From positions 1 through 64,000 of the forward strand of contig JBKAGE010000045.1 of assembly GCA_046290225.1 (NCBI GenBank): a stretch of 64,000 nucleotides of DNA, in the 5' to 3' direction. A program made the translations under genes and the position numbers. This document shows positions 8,282-16,673 of this stretch, one piece after another. The DNA is from Bradymonadia bacterium (GTDB lineage Bacteria > Myxococcota_A > Bradymonadia > UBA7976 > UBA1532). The notes under the pieces were generated by a model that saw nothing but the letters and a program-made list of their open reading frames with translations, had not been told where the DNA came from and did not search any database. Position 1 is the first letter of the stretch, and the number at the start of each line of letters is the position of its first letter.

Positions 8282-10029
8282 TTCGCCGTATCTACAGCAG
8301 CGATCTTGCGAGCTTCAAGGAGCTGGAGTTCGGAAGAGGTCTCAATATTCTACTTGCAGAGAAGAGCGACGGCGCCACTGACAAGCAGACCCGCAACCGG
8401 GCTGGAAAGTCGAGTATGGTGGAACTCGTCCACTTCTTACTTGGCTCAAACGCCGACAAGAAGTCGCTCTTCCGGAACGACGAGCTTGTCAACTTCACCT
8501 TCGGCATGGAGTTCGATCTCGACGGCAAGTCCACTCGGGTTGAGCGGACTGGAGCCAAGCCAAGTCCACTCGAAGTCGCAGCCTCATTCGAGGCATGGCC
8601 AAGTCAGCCCCGTGAGAAGGACGGCGCGCATTTGATCTCGAACACCAACTGGAAGTTGGTGCTCGGCGAGTTGATGTTTGGCATAGGCTCCAACAATGAG
8701 ACGTGGAGTCCTTCATTTAGGTCACTCCTCTCGTACTTTGTCAGGCGTGAGCGCTCGGGGGGCTTTCACCAGCCGATGCAGCATTTCCGACAGCAGATGC
8801 TGGCGGATCAACAAGTGAACATCTCCTACCTTCTGGGCCTTGATTGGACTGTGCCCCAGCAGTGGCAGCTTGTGAGAGAGCGTGAGAGCGCAGTGAAGAC
8901 CCTGAAGAAGGGGCTCAAGGACGGAGTCTTCGGTGACGTCATCGACAAGGCGTCTGTACTCAGGACAAAGCTTGTTGTTGCCCAGGACCGCGTCCGTCGC
9001 CTGAAAGACCAAGTCGCGTCCTTTAAAGTCGTTGCGGAGTATCATGAGCTTGAGCAGGAGGCCTCGGACCTGACGCGGAAACTCGGCGAGTTGTCCGATG
9101 ACAATACCCTCGACCGGCGCTACATCACGGAGCTTAAGCAGACAACTGTCGAAGAAGTGCCGCCACCACCAGCTGATCTCGAGAAGCTTTACCAGCAGGT
9201 AGGAATCGTACTTCCGGACTTGGTGCAACGACGGTTCGACGAAGTGAGGGCGTTCCACGAATCAGTAACAAGTAACCGGAAATCGTACCTCCGCAACGAG
9301 CTTGAAGAGGCACGGGCGCGTCTCGCCGACCGTGAACAGCAGATGGAGCGTCTCGATCGGCGTCGCGCCGAAGTGATGGGGATCCTCCAGTCGGCTGGCG
9401 CCCTTGAGCACTTTGCAGCCCTGCAAGGCGAAGTCGCTAGGGCAGAAGCCGAAGTCGAGGCCTTACGCCATCGGTACGAGACGGCCGAGGCGGCCGAGGC
9501 TGGCACGCTGAAGCTCCGTCTGGAGCGCGACCAGCTTCAAGAACGACTCCGGCAAGACTACAGCGAGCAAGAGGAACGAGTTGCAGAAGCCATTCTGACC
9601 TTCCAAACAATCTCGTCTGCTCTATACGAGGAGTCGCAGGCAGGCAGCTTCACGATCACGCCAACCGATAACGGTCCAGTGTTCGAGATCGAGATCCAAG
9701 GCTCAAAGAGCAGGGGCGTCTCGAACATGCAGATCTTCTGCTTTGACATGATGCTAACCCTGCTCAGTCTGAAGCGCGGACGGAGCCCTGGGTTTCTCGT
9801 ACACGACAGCCACCTGTTCGACGGAGTCGACGAGCGTCAGGTTGGGAAAGCTCTCGCGCTTGGCGCGGCCCTCGCTGAAAGGCACGGTTTCCAGTACATC
9901 GTGTCGCTCAACACCGACGACATCCCTCAAGAGGTGCCGCCAGGTTTCAGCGTCGAGGATTACGCGTTGGATATTCGGCTCCTGGACTCGACGGAAGAAG
10001 GTGGGCTCTTCGGGTTCCGGTTCGAGTAG
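8278..10029 (+). CDS. lmuB: ABC-3C/Lamassu SMC-like ATPase (DUF2326)
   Basis: Walker A NRAGKSS, long coiled coil, FLVHDSHLFDGVDERQ, ends GGLFGFRF. Confidence 0.85.
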   Translation: MIRRIYSSDLASFKELEFGRGLNILLAEKSDGATDKQTRNRAGKSSMVELVHFLLGSNADKKSLFRNDELVNFTFGMEFDLDGKSTRVERTGAKPSPLEVAASFEAWPSQPREKDGAHLISNTNWKLVLGELMFGIGSNNETWSPSFRSLLSYFVRRERSGGFHQPMQHFRQQMLADQQVNISYLLGLDWTVPQQWQLVRERESAVKTLKKGLKDGVFGDVIDKASVLRTKLVVAQDRVRRLKDQVASFKVVAEYHELEQEASDLTRKLGELSDDNTLDRRYITELKQTTVEEVPPPPADLEKLYQQVGIVLPDLVQRRFDEVRAFHESVTSNRKSYLRNELEEARARLADREQQMERLDRRRAEVMGILQSAGALEHFAALQGEVARAEAEVEALRHRYETAEAAEAGTLKLRLERDQLQERLRQDYSEQEERVAEAILTFQTISSALYEESQAGSFTITPTDNGPVFEIEIQGSKSRGVSNMQIFCFDMMLTLLSLKRGRSPGFLVHDSHLFDGVDERQVGKALALGAALAERHGFQYIVSLNTDDIPQEVPPGFSVEDYALDIRLLDSTEEGGLFGFRFE

Positions 10030-10380
10030 TACTTGATCGCGCTGCGCATCACCGCGGCCAGCCACCATCCGCAGAGCTGTTGATCAAGAAAGAGATACCC
10101 GAGGTGTGGGGCCTGGCCGAGGTGCGCCCTCAAGGTGAAGGCACGATGGTGAAGGTAGTCGTACGGTGCTTCGCCTGAAAGGGCAGAGGCGGGGCCGCCG
10201 CCGGTACGAGATCTCTGCCGCCGAGCTCCAGTTGCTCCTCGGCGCTGTGGGCAAGATTAGCTCGGGCTACCCCGAGGGGCTCTATGAAGCGTTGCTGCTC
10301 GAGCCCCCCTCCCCTTCTGAAAACCATGACACAGGTCATAGTTTTTGAGGCCATTGAGCTGGATATGACGCCCTCATCAG

Positions 10381-10680
10381 CCTTAGCGGACTCTCGCTTA
10401 AGTTCGCTAAGTTTAGCTAACTCTCGCAAACATCAGCTAACATTAGCGAGACTAAGAATGCCTGTGCTACACCTCGCGAGACCTCGCTACCATTCGCTAA
10501 CTTCAGCGAACCTAAGCGACATCGAGCGAAGTGTAGAGCAGACGAACGAGTACACGTGCATATGCGCTAACATTAGCTAAGACAAGCTAAGACAAGCTAA
10601 AATTGATGAGGGTGAGCGATCATCAGCGAGAGCCCGCTAAAGTTAGCGAATGGTAGCGAGGTCTCGCGAGATGTAGCGGG
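10381..10680. repeat. 10-bp-phased degenerate array (about 30 units), putative centromere parS
   Basis: most consecutive 10-mers carry a T(A/C)GC(T/G)A-like core in the same register; directly downstream of the par operon. Confidence 0.8.
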
Positions 10681-10692
10681 GAGGGGGCGACT

Positions 10693-11124
10693 TCAGGAGT
10701 CGCTGATGTGGCCGAGCACCTTGAACCGCTCGACCAACGCCGTCTCTACGAGCTTGGAGATGGGGATGCCGGTGGCGTCGCTGACTTCCTGGGCGAGCTC
10801 GTAAAGGCCGGTCTTCATCGAGATGCCATAGGCCTTCGACCGGCCCTGCTTGTGGCGGGGCTTGTCCTCTGAAGCATCAGCCTGACGCCCGCGGGAAGCT
10901 GCAGCCTTCTTTTTCGGCTTGCTCGACGCCTTGGGCTTTGGTGCCTTCGCGGCTGGCGTCTTCGCCTTGGTTGCCACCGGCTTCTCATCGCTGGTGCTGT
11001 CATGCGCCGCAGCACCAGCGGAAGGGCTTCCTTCGACAGGCTTCTCGCCGTGCAGCGCCGCAATCTTTTCGAGCGAGCCGCTGAGCATCTTCGACTGATC
11101 GAGATCTCGTTTTTTAGCTGGCAT
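10693..11124 (-). CDS. type Ib centromere-binding protein (ParG-like, C-terminal ribbon-helix-helix)
   Basis: low-complexity K/A/P-rich N-part, then KAYGISMKTGLYELAQEVSDATGIPISKLVETAL; overlaps parA stop. Confidence 0.7.
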   Translation of the reverse strand: MPAKKRDLDQSKMLSGSLEKIAALHGEKPVEGSPSAGAAAHDSTSDEKPVATKAKTPAAKAPKPKASSKPKKKAAASRGRQADASEDKPRHKQGRSKAYGISMKTGLYELAQEVSDATGIPISKLVETALVERFKVLGHISDS

Positions 11125-11893
11125 TGAGCTTCCCCAGTACCTCGGCGGTCAGGGCCAAGTAGTCTTTGGCCCCGTTGGAGTCAGGATCTGACTCAATCAC
11201 CGGAACCCCACGGGTGAAGGCCTCCGAGAGCCGAACATTCTGTCGAATCATCGTCTCGAAGATGGGCAAGCCCTCAGCGCCCTTGAGGCTGCTCAACACC
11301 GCCTGAGTCAGCTTGAGTCGAGGGTCGACCCGGCAGGGGAGAACACCAAGCAGGCGCAGCTCCTGAGCAACGATGATGTCTCGAAGCACCTGGGCCGTCC
11401 GCTCGAGCTTGGCGATGCCTCGCACCGAGGCGCCCTCGGGGTAGATGGCGATGATGTACTGGTCGCAGGCCACAAGCGCATTGAACATCAACACCGAGAG
11501 GTGCGGCGGCGCATCGATGATCACGAAGTCGTACTCATCCGTCTTGCTGAGCGCCTTGCGCAGGAAGAACTCGCGCCCGGGCTTGCCCTGCAGCTGGATG
11601 TCAGTGTCGTCTTCCGGTGCCGGCACCAGGTCGAGGCCTTCGATGGAAGTGCTCTCCACCACCTCGGCGATGCTCTTCCCCTCGAGCATCACGTCATGCA
11701 CGCCCATGAGCTCGTCTGGATCATGGCCCAGATGAGCCGTTGCATGGCCCTGAGGATCCATGTCCACCAGCAGCACCTTCTTCCCGTGCGTTTTCGCCAG
11801 GACCGCGGCCAGGTTCACCGAGGTGGTGGTCTTGCCCACGCCACCCTTCTGATTCACCACCGCCAGGGTGATCGTTTTTCCCACGTCTTCCAC
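11114..11893 (-). CDS. parA: ParA/Soj partition ATPase
   Basis: NQKGGVGKTT, DMDPQGHAT, IIDAPP. Confidence 0.95.
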   Translation of the reverse strand: MEDVGKTITLAVVNQKGGVGKTTTSVNLAAVLAKTHGKKVLLVDMDPQGHATAHLGHDPDELMGVHDVMLEGKSIAEVVESTSIEGLDLVPAPEDDTDIQLQGKPGREFFLRKALSKTDEYDFVIIDAPPHLSVLMFNALVACDQYIIAIYPEGASVRGIAKLERTAQVLRDIIVAQELRLLGVLPCRVDPRLKLTQAVLSSLKGAEGLPIFETMIRQNVRLSEAFTRGVPVIESDPDSNGAKDYLALTAEVLGKLNAS

Positions 11894-11900
11894 CTTTCAA

Positions 11901-11951
11901 AACTGCGCTAAGGTTAGCTCGCAGTAGCGAGACTTAGCTAACCTTAGCTCG
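11901..11951. repeat. 10-bp-phased array (5 units) at parA promoter
   Basis: GCGCTA/TAGCTC/TAGCGA/TAGCTA/TAGCTC cores spaced exactly 10 bp. Confidence 0.7.
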
Positions 11952-12017
11952 GCAGAGGGTGCAACTTCCTGATGACGATTTGATCAATGATCTCGAACAA
12001 TCACCCGGACCACACGG

Positions 12018-12093
12018 TAGCTAGTACTCGCTAACATTAGCGAATGATAGCGAACCCAAGCGAACGTTAGGTCAAGATCGCGAGGCTTCGCTA
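12018..12093. repeat. 10-bp-phased array (8 units) upstream of parA
   Basis: TAGCTA,TCGCTA,TAGCGA,TAGCGA,AAGCGA,TAGGTC,TCGCGA,TCGCTA at 10-bp spacing. Confidence 0.75.
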
Positions 12094-12178
12094 CATGCAC
12101 GAAATTGCGATCTTTTTTCTTGTCTGATGCGGGGAGATCGACGATGGATCGGTGATGATGTGGCCTCGACCAGGGCCC

Positions 12179-12308
12179 AAACAGAAAACCCCCGAATCTC
12201 CGCTCTGGCCTGGTAACCGATGGAGAATCGAGGGTTCAAACCGAGGCAGTGAAAAACACAAACCCTGGTCAAGGCTGAAACTGGGAGCAAAGGCTTCCAG
12301 GGGGGCCG
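12179..12308 (-). ncRNA. putative counter-transcript/attenuator RNA in the rep-par intergenic region
   Basis: TTGTCC(12343-12338)-17-GAGAAT promoter; 15-bp stem with G-U pair (12187-12236) followed by UUCUGUUU. Confidence 0.5.
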
Positions 12309-12413
12309 ACTTGTATTCTCGGCAAGTCAGCCTCTCCGGACAAGCATTTTCCTCTCAGCCAGCTGTGGTTTTACACGGTGCCCGGGGCCAGAGCCCTTGG
12401 GTCAGTAGGGGAG

Positions 12414-13685
12414 ATGCGGCTTGTGAGCGGGCGCGGTCAAAAGCGCGGTGGAGGGTACGATATCGACGCCGGATCGCGTCGAGACACCTCCAGTGCGCCT
12501 TTGACGACGGTGTTGGTGCCTGCTAAGCATCAAGCCATCTGGTCTCGCGCCTGTGGGATCCTGCGCGGCGCCATCCGTGCAGATCGAATCAACCCCATCC
12601 TCGCCAACGTCGCCCCTGTGGAGCTCGGGCCCAGAGTTGTCCTGCTCGCCGGCGCAGACGGCTTCTGGATCGACACAGCTCGGGACCAGTACGCAGCCTA
12701 CTTCGCCGAGGCCTTCTCCACGGTCCTGGAAAGGGAAGTACTCGTCGAGTTCGAGGTGCGCGATGGAGATCTCGTCGAAGGCGCCCAGCAGAGCGCGATC
12801 GAGCAGCCTCAGTTGTGGGCCCAGACACCAGCCCCCATCACCGATGCGCGACAGCAGCGTCGGCTCGCCTACACCCTGAGTCCCTTCGCCCAGGTGGCAC
12901 CGCTGCCCATGTCGAGCGGAGAGGCGCACTGGTCGACGAGCCAGGGGCACACCCGCCTCGATGCGACTTCGACGAAGGGCCTGCCCCACGGGGGCCTCGG
13001 GCGCCGCCTCCTTGTCCACCTGGTCACCGCGGTGATCCGCTCTGGTCTGGTCTCGCCCGGCGCCGGCGGTCTACCCAAGGATCCTGAGCCCATCGAGATC
13101 TCCCCATCACTCGCGGCGCTGATCAGAGCCGTGGGGGGGAAGTCCGACAGCGGCGGCGCGAAGGGCGCCCGGGCCGCCATCACCGAGCAGCTCGCCGCGA
13201 TGCTCGCCACGACGTGGCAGATCCGAGAAGGGGAGTCGGAGATCTCACTGCGGCTCTTCGACGAGGAGGTCCTCACCCTCGAGGCACGCAAGCCCGTCCT
13301 CCTCACCCCGACGAAGCAGCTGCTCGAGCTCGCACGCAACCGGATGGTCTGCCTGGACCAGGCCACCGTCCACGAGATGGGTCGCGACTGCACGGCCTTG
13401 GACCTCTACTGCTGGGCCACGTGGAGGAACCACCCACACCAGGACCGGAAGGCCGTCTTCATCTCACTTGAGTCGATGGCCCAGCAGCTGGGACGCACGT
13501 GGAAGAGATCCAGCGCATGGGCCAAGAGGCTCGCTGAGGGCCTCGCCCGGGTGCAGCAGATCTATCGCCACCTCGACGCCCGCATGCAGAAGGTGAGGGG
13601 CTACCTCCGCCCGGCCCTGCGTCTTGCAATCTCCTCACCCCATATCAGCCCAGGCTCACCGCCAGATCGGCCACCTCGAGCCTGA
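12414..13685 (+). CDS. repA: replication initiator: DnaA domain I-like N-terminus fused to RepA_C domain (start uncertain)
   Basis: IWSRACGILR..FWIDTARDQY..VLVEFEV (DnaA_N-like); GLPHGGLGRRLLVHL..ALDLYCWATWR (RepA_C-like); divergent from parA. Confidence 0.75.
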   Translation: MRLVSGRGQKRGGGYDIDAGSRRDTSSAPLTTVLVPAKHQAIWSRACGILRGAIRADRINPILANVAPVELGPRVVLLAGADGFWIDTARDQYAAYFAEAFSTVLEREVLVEFEVRDGDLVEGAQQSAIEQPQLWAQTPAPITDARQQRRLAYTLSPFAQVAPLPMSSGEAHWSTSQGHTRLDATSTKGLPHGGLGRRLLVHLVTAVIRSGLVSPGAGGLPKDPEPIEISPSLAALIRAVGGKSDSGGAKGARAAITEQLAAMLATTWQIREGESEISLRLFDEEVLTLEARKPVLLTPTKQLLELARNRMVCLDQATVHEMGRDCTALDLYCWATWRNHPHQDRKAVFISLESMAQQLGRTWKRSSAWAKRLAEGLARVQQIYRHLDARMQKVRGYLRPALRLAISSPHISPGSPPDRPPRA

Positions 13686-14025
13686 GGCGATCACCTCAAA
13701 GTCATCACCACCGACCTGGCCCCCGACGAAGGGAAGCGCCGACCCGTCCGTGCAGCTGAGCTGATTGGAGTACTCCACGCACCACACACCTCGAGGTGGA
13801 GCGCGGCGAGCCTTGAGAGCGCCGATCTGTGGCCGAGCAACAGGCCCTCTTCTCGCTCTTGTTCTGCACTCTGACCCACGAGCCGCAGGAGCCAATGCAT
13901 CAGCATGCAGAAGCTGAAGCCTCATCTTGAAGGAAGAGAGACAGCGAGGTGCAGAAGCGCACTCGGCCAGGGGCAGGAGCACCCAGCACAAAACAGGTAG
14001 GGAACAGATAGAGACAGATGAGGCC

Positions 14026-14382
14026 CTACAGGGCCGGGGAAGGCGCCAATCCAAGGTGGGACAAGACAGAGTCGACGAGGTCTGGGAGGCCCGTCTTCTT
14101 TGTGAGGACGGGGAATTGCTTGGGCTCCAGGCCTTTGCTTCCTGTGAGGAGGATCGAAGGCACGCCACGGCGTTTGAGGATCTGGGCGATCTGTCCACCC
14201 GTCACAACGCCGAGCTTGAGATCCAGGACAGCAAAGTCGATGTCTTCGCAGTCGTCGATCATCTCAATGGCCCTGCTGCCGGATCGTGCTGTGATGTAGG
14301 TCGCATCTGGCCACTTGGCCTTGAGCGCTCTCACCGCTGCCTTCAGGTCGATCTCGTCATCGTCTACCACAAGGATCTTCAT
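14026..14382 (-). CDS. stand-alone response-regulator receiver domain
   Basis: MKILVVDDD, AVLDLKL (phospho-Asp), LLTG, LTKK. Confidence 0.85.
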   Translation of the reverse strand: MKILVVDDDEIDLKAAVRALKAKWPDATYITARSGSRAIEMIDDCEDIDFAVLDLKLGVVTGGQIAQILKRRGVPSILLTGSKGLEPKQFPVLTKKTGLPDLVDSVLSHLGLAPSPAL

Positions 14383-14729
14383 GTTTGGCCTCGTTCGATC
14401 CATCGCTCGAACATGCCTTCGATCCGCGTGAGCTGCTCTTTGATACCAGCGATCTCTGTGTCCAACTGGCGCTCCAGCGAGCGATGACGCTCATCGATCT
14501 TGGCATTTTGAACGCCGACATCGTGGAGTGATCGGGTGACGCTCTCCTGGTTGTATTTGAAGTCGGAGCGCAGCTCCTTGACCTTCTCTTTGAGCGTATC
14601 AACCTCAGATTTGAGCTCGCCTTGTTTGACTCCCGCGTCCTGAATGGCCTTTCGCTGATGGAGAATGAATGCAACGAGGGGCACGGCAGTGCCCACGGCT
14701 GCAATTGAGATTTGAACAAGCCCGTCCAC
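14379..14729 (-). CDS. TM plus coiled-coil protein (holin/lysis-associated candidate)
   Basis: one N-terminal TM helix followed by heptad-rich region. Confidence 0.5.
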   Translation of the reverse strand: MDGLVQISIAAVGTAVPLVAFILHQRKAIQDAGVKQGELKSEVDTLKEKVKELRSDFKYNQESVTRSLHDVGVQNAKIDERHRSLERQLDTEIAGIKEQLTRIEGMFERWIERGQT

Positions 14730-14744
14730 AGTTGATGCCCTGTC

Positions 14745-15194
14745 TCAAAAGACCAGAGCGCCAGCAACGAATGCGGCGCCCAGCCAAAGAAAGTCGGTCC
14801 ATGATCTACTCGTCGCCCGGCTCAACGCCTGACGACTGTTCTTGAGGTCGAGTGCACACTGCCTGGCCTGCTGCCCACGGGCCTGCTCGCACATCTTCTT
14901 CGCGTCGTGTGCCTTCAGGCGCAGCCTTCGCTCGCTGTCTGCCTGGGCCCGGAACTCAGCCACCGCCTTGTTGGCCTCGAGGAACTCAGCCTCGGGCATC
15001 AGGACACCGGCGATGGGCCCGGGGCAGCCCTGGGGCAGCGATGCCGCCCGGGCGTATGACTCGGCGGGCAGACAGGGCACACAGAAGGTCTCACCGTCGG
15101 CGGTCCACAGTCCCTGCTCTGCGGGGCACCGCGTGGGTACCTCGCCCGGCACCAGCAGGGCCGAGACCATCACTGCCGTCATCCACGTCATCAT
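14745..15194 (-). CDS. exported Cys-rich coiled-coil protein with C-terminal TM (spanin-like candidate)
   Basis: signal-like N-terminus, several Cys, C-terminal hydrophobic tail. Confidence 0.45.
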   Translation of the reverse strand: MMTWMTAVMVSALLVPGEVPTRCPAEQGLWTADGETFCVPCLPAESYARAASLPQGCPGPIAGVLMPEAEFLEANKAVAEFRAQADSERRLRLKAHDAKKMCEQARGQQARQCALDLKNSRQALSRATSRSWTDFLWLGAAFVAGALVF

Positions 15195-15562
15195 GAGGGT
15201 GGCTCCCAGTTCGGCTCTCGGATCCCAGGCATCCTCTGAGCTGCAGCTGCTTGCCCGACCTCGTCTCGAGCAGCTTGAGCGTCTGCCTGAATCTGGGCGT
15301 CCTCTTCCCTGATGGTGGTGCTGTGATGCGCCACAGCAGCATCAGCTGACTCTGCTGCCTGCTCCGCGCGATCGATGGCCTGGTCAACGGCGGCGATGTC
15401 CTCGGACTTCTTCCTGTAGGGCGGAGGCCCAACCTCACCGCCGAGGAGGAAGCTGCCCAGGGCCAAGACAGGCGCCCACAGCCATGCCGGCGCAGAGACG
15501 CACCACAGCAAGACAACGAGCAGGAACCAAATCCACACAGGGATGCGAGTAAGCCAGATCAT
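15191..15562 (-). CDS. membrane protein with periplasmic coiled coil (i-spanin-like candidate)
   Basis: two N-terminal hydrophobic segments then Ala/Gln-rich helix; coupled to neighbours. Confidence 0.5.
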   Translation of the reverse strand: MIWLTRIPVWIWFLLVVLLWCVSAPAWLWAPVLALGSFLLGGEVGPPPYRKKSEDIAAVDQAIDRAEQAAESADAAVAHHSTTIREEDAQIQADAQAARDEVGQAAAAQRMPGIREPNWEPPS

Positions 15563-15876
15563 CGCCACCTCACCCCCGAGGGCGTCACCCCTCGCTCGAT
15601 CCAGGATGAGAAGAGCTGCCCCAAGCTCTTCGGGGATCCCTGGTACAGGCCGCGGTGTGTCTGGCTGGCGCTCTTGCGCTTTGGGTGAGGCCCCACGCAC
15701 TCCACGAGGATCCGACCCTGATGGTCGATACACAGCTTCAGGTGCCGGTCGTCACTCTCCCAGGTGAAGTACTGCCCGGCGTCATCCTCTCCCTGCTCTA
15801 CAGGGACAGGCATCTGCTCTTCGACAGCCCGACTGGTCAGGGACAAGGGATCGTCGCGTTCGAGAATGAGTGTCAT
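15559..15876 (-). CDS. hypothetical protein
   Basis: GAGG RBS, start MTLILERDD; stop overlaps next start. Confidence 0.55.
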   Translation of the reverse strand: MTLILERDDPLSLTSRAVEEQMPVPVEQGEDDAGQYFTWESDDRHLKLCIDHQGRILVECVGPHPKRKSASQTHRGLYQGSPKSLGQLFSSWIERGVTPSGVRWR

Positions 15877-16066
15877 CGGGCCACCTCGGTGAGAAAGAAG
15901 AGAAGGGGGCCGAGCCAGAGCAGGAGCAAGCGCATGACCCGACCCCCAGGATGAGGTGCCTACGTTTTCCTCCGAGCTCATCCACCGGAGGTTGAAAGGT
16001 TCCCCAGGTAGGGGCAGTGGGCACGCACACAGGCTGGCGTGTAGGTCCCACTGGTCGGTATGACGC

Positions 16067-16573
16067 TTACGAAGGGGCGGGTCTGATGGCCAGCTTGGGC
16101 AGGTACTGGTGGAGCAGGAGCGCACCAGGACCCGTGAAGACACCCGCGATGAGCGCATCAAGCCACGTCGTTTCGGACGAAAGCCCCATGGCAATCGCTG
16201 CCACGATGCCGATGATCAGCGTGAGTAATCGGATCCTTTGACCCGTGAGCCAGCCCACGAGGGGGCCCCACCTCCGGAGCGCGCCGATCACGACGAAGAG
16301 CACGGCTGCAAGCGCTCCGGAGATGGTGACCACTGAAGGATCTGCCACGGCGAGCTTCACCGCGGCCAAAGCGTCACTGCCACTCTTGAGGATCTGCCCC
16401 GCCTCAGGGACGGGGGCGGCCTCGTCCCAGGGGGCGGGCGTGGCGGTGCTCTCTTCGGCGGTGACCACGGCGGCACCGGGGACGACGTCTGGTAGAGGAG
16501 GGCTCTGCGCGAGTGCCTGGGCCCCGAAACACAGAGGCAGGCAGCAGAGCAGAAACAGTTTGAGCGTTCGCAT
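16067..16573 (-). CDS. multi-TM membrane protein (holin candidate)
   Basis: AGGAG RBS; signal peptide plus three TM helices; directly after capsid gene. Confidence 0.55.
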   Translation of the reverse strand: MRTLKLFLLCCLPLCFGAQALAQSPPLPDVVPGAAVVTAEESTATPAPWDEAAPVPEAGQILKSGSDALAAVKLAVADPSVVTISGALAAVLFVVIGALRRWGPLVGWLTGQRIRLLTLIIGIVAAIAMGLSSETTWLDALIAGVFTGPGALLLHQYLPKLAIRPAPS

Positions 16574-16673
16574 GTGATTGCTCCTGAGTCTGAGATGAAG
16601 AGAAGAGGGTGAGATCGAAAGGGGAGCCACCCATCGGCCCAGGTGGCTCAGTCACAGCACCGAAGCGAGTCGC

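Noticed and set aside
10080..10348. IS66 TnpB-like remnant (RYEISAAELQLLL)
   Set aside because: Too short and degenerate to assign without a search.
10381..10680. CRISPR array or the overlapping 98-99 aa ORFs
   Set aside because: The period is 10 bp with no repeat-spacer structure and no cas genes; the ORFs are by-products of the array.
13686..14025. Replication origin downstream of repA
   Set aside because: No iterons, DnaA boxes or AT-rich unwinding element visible.
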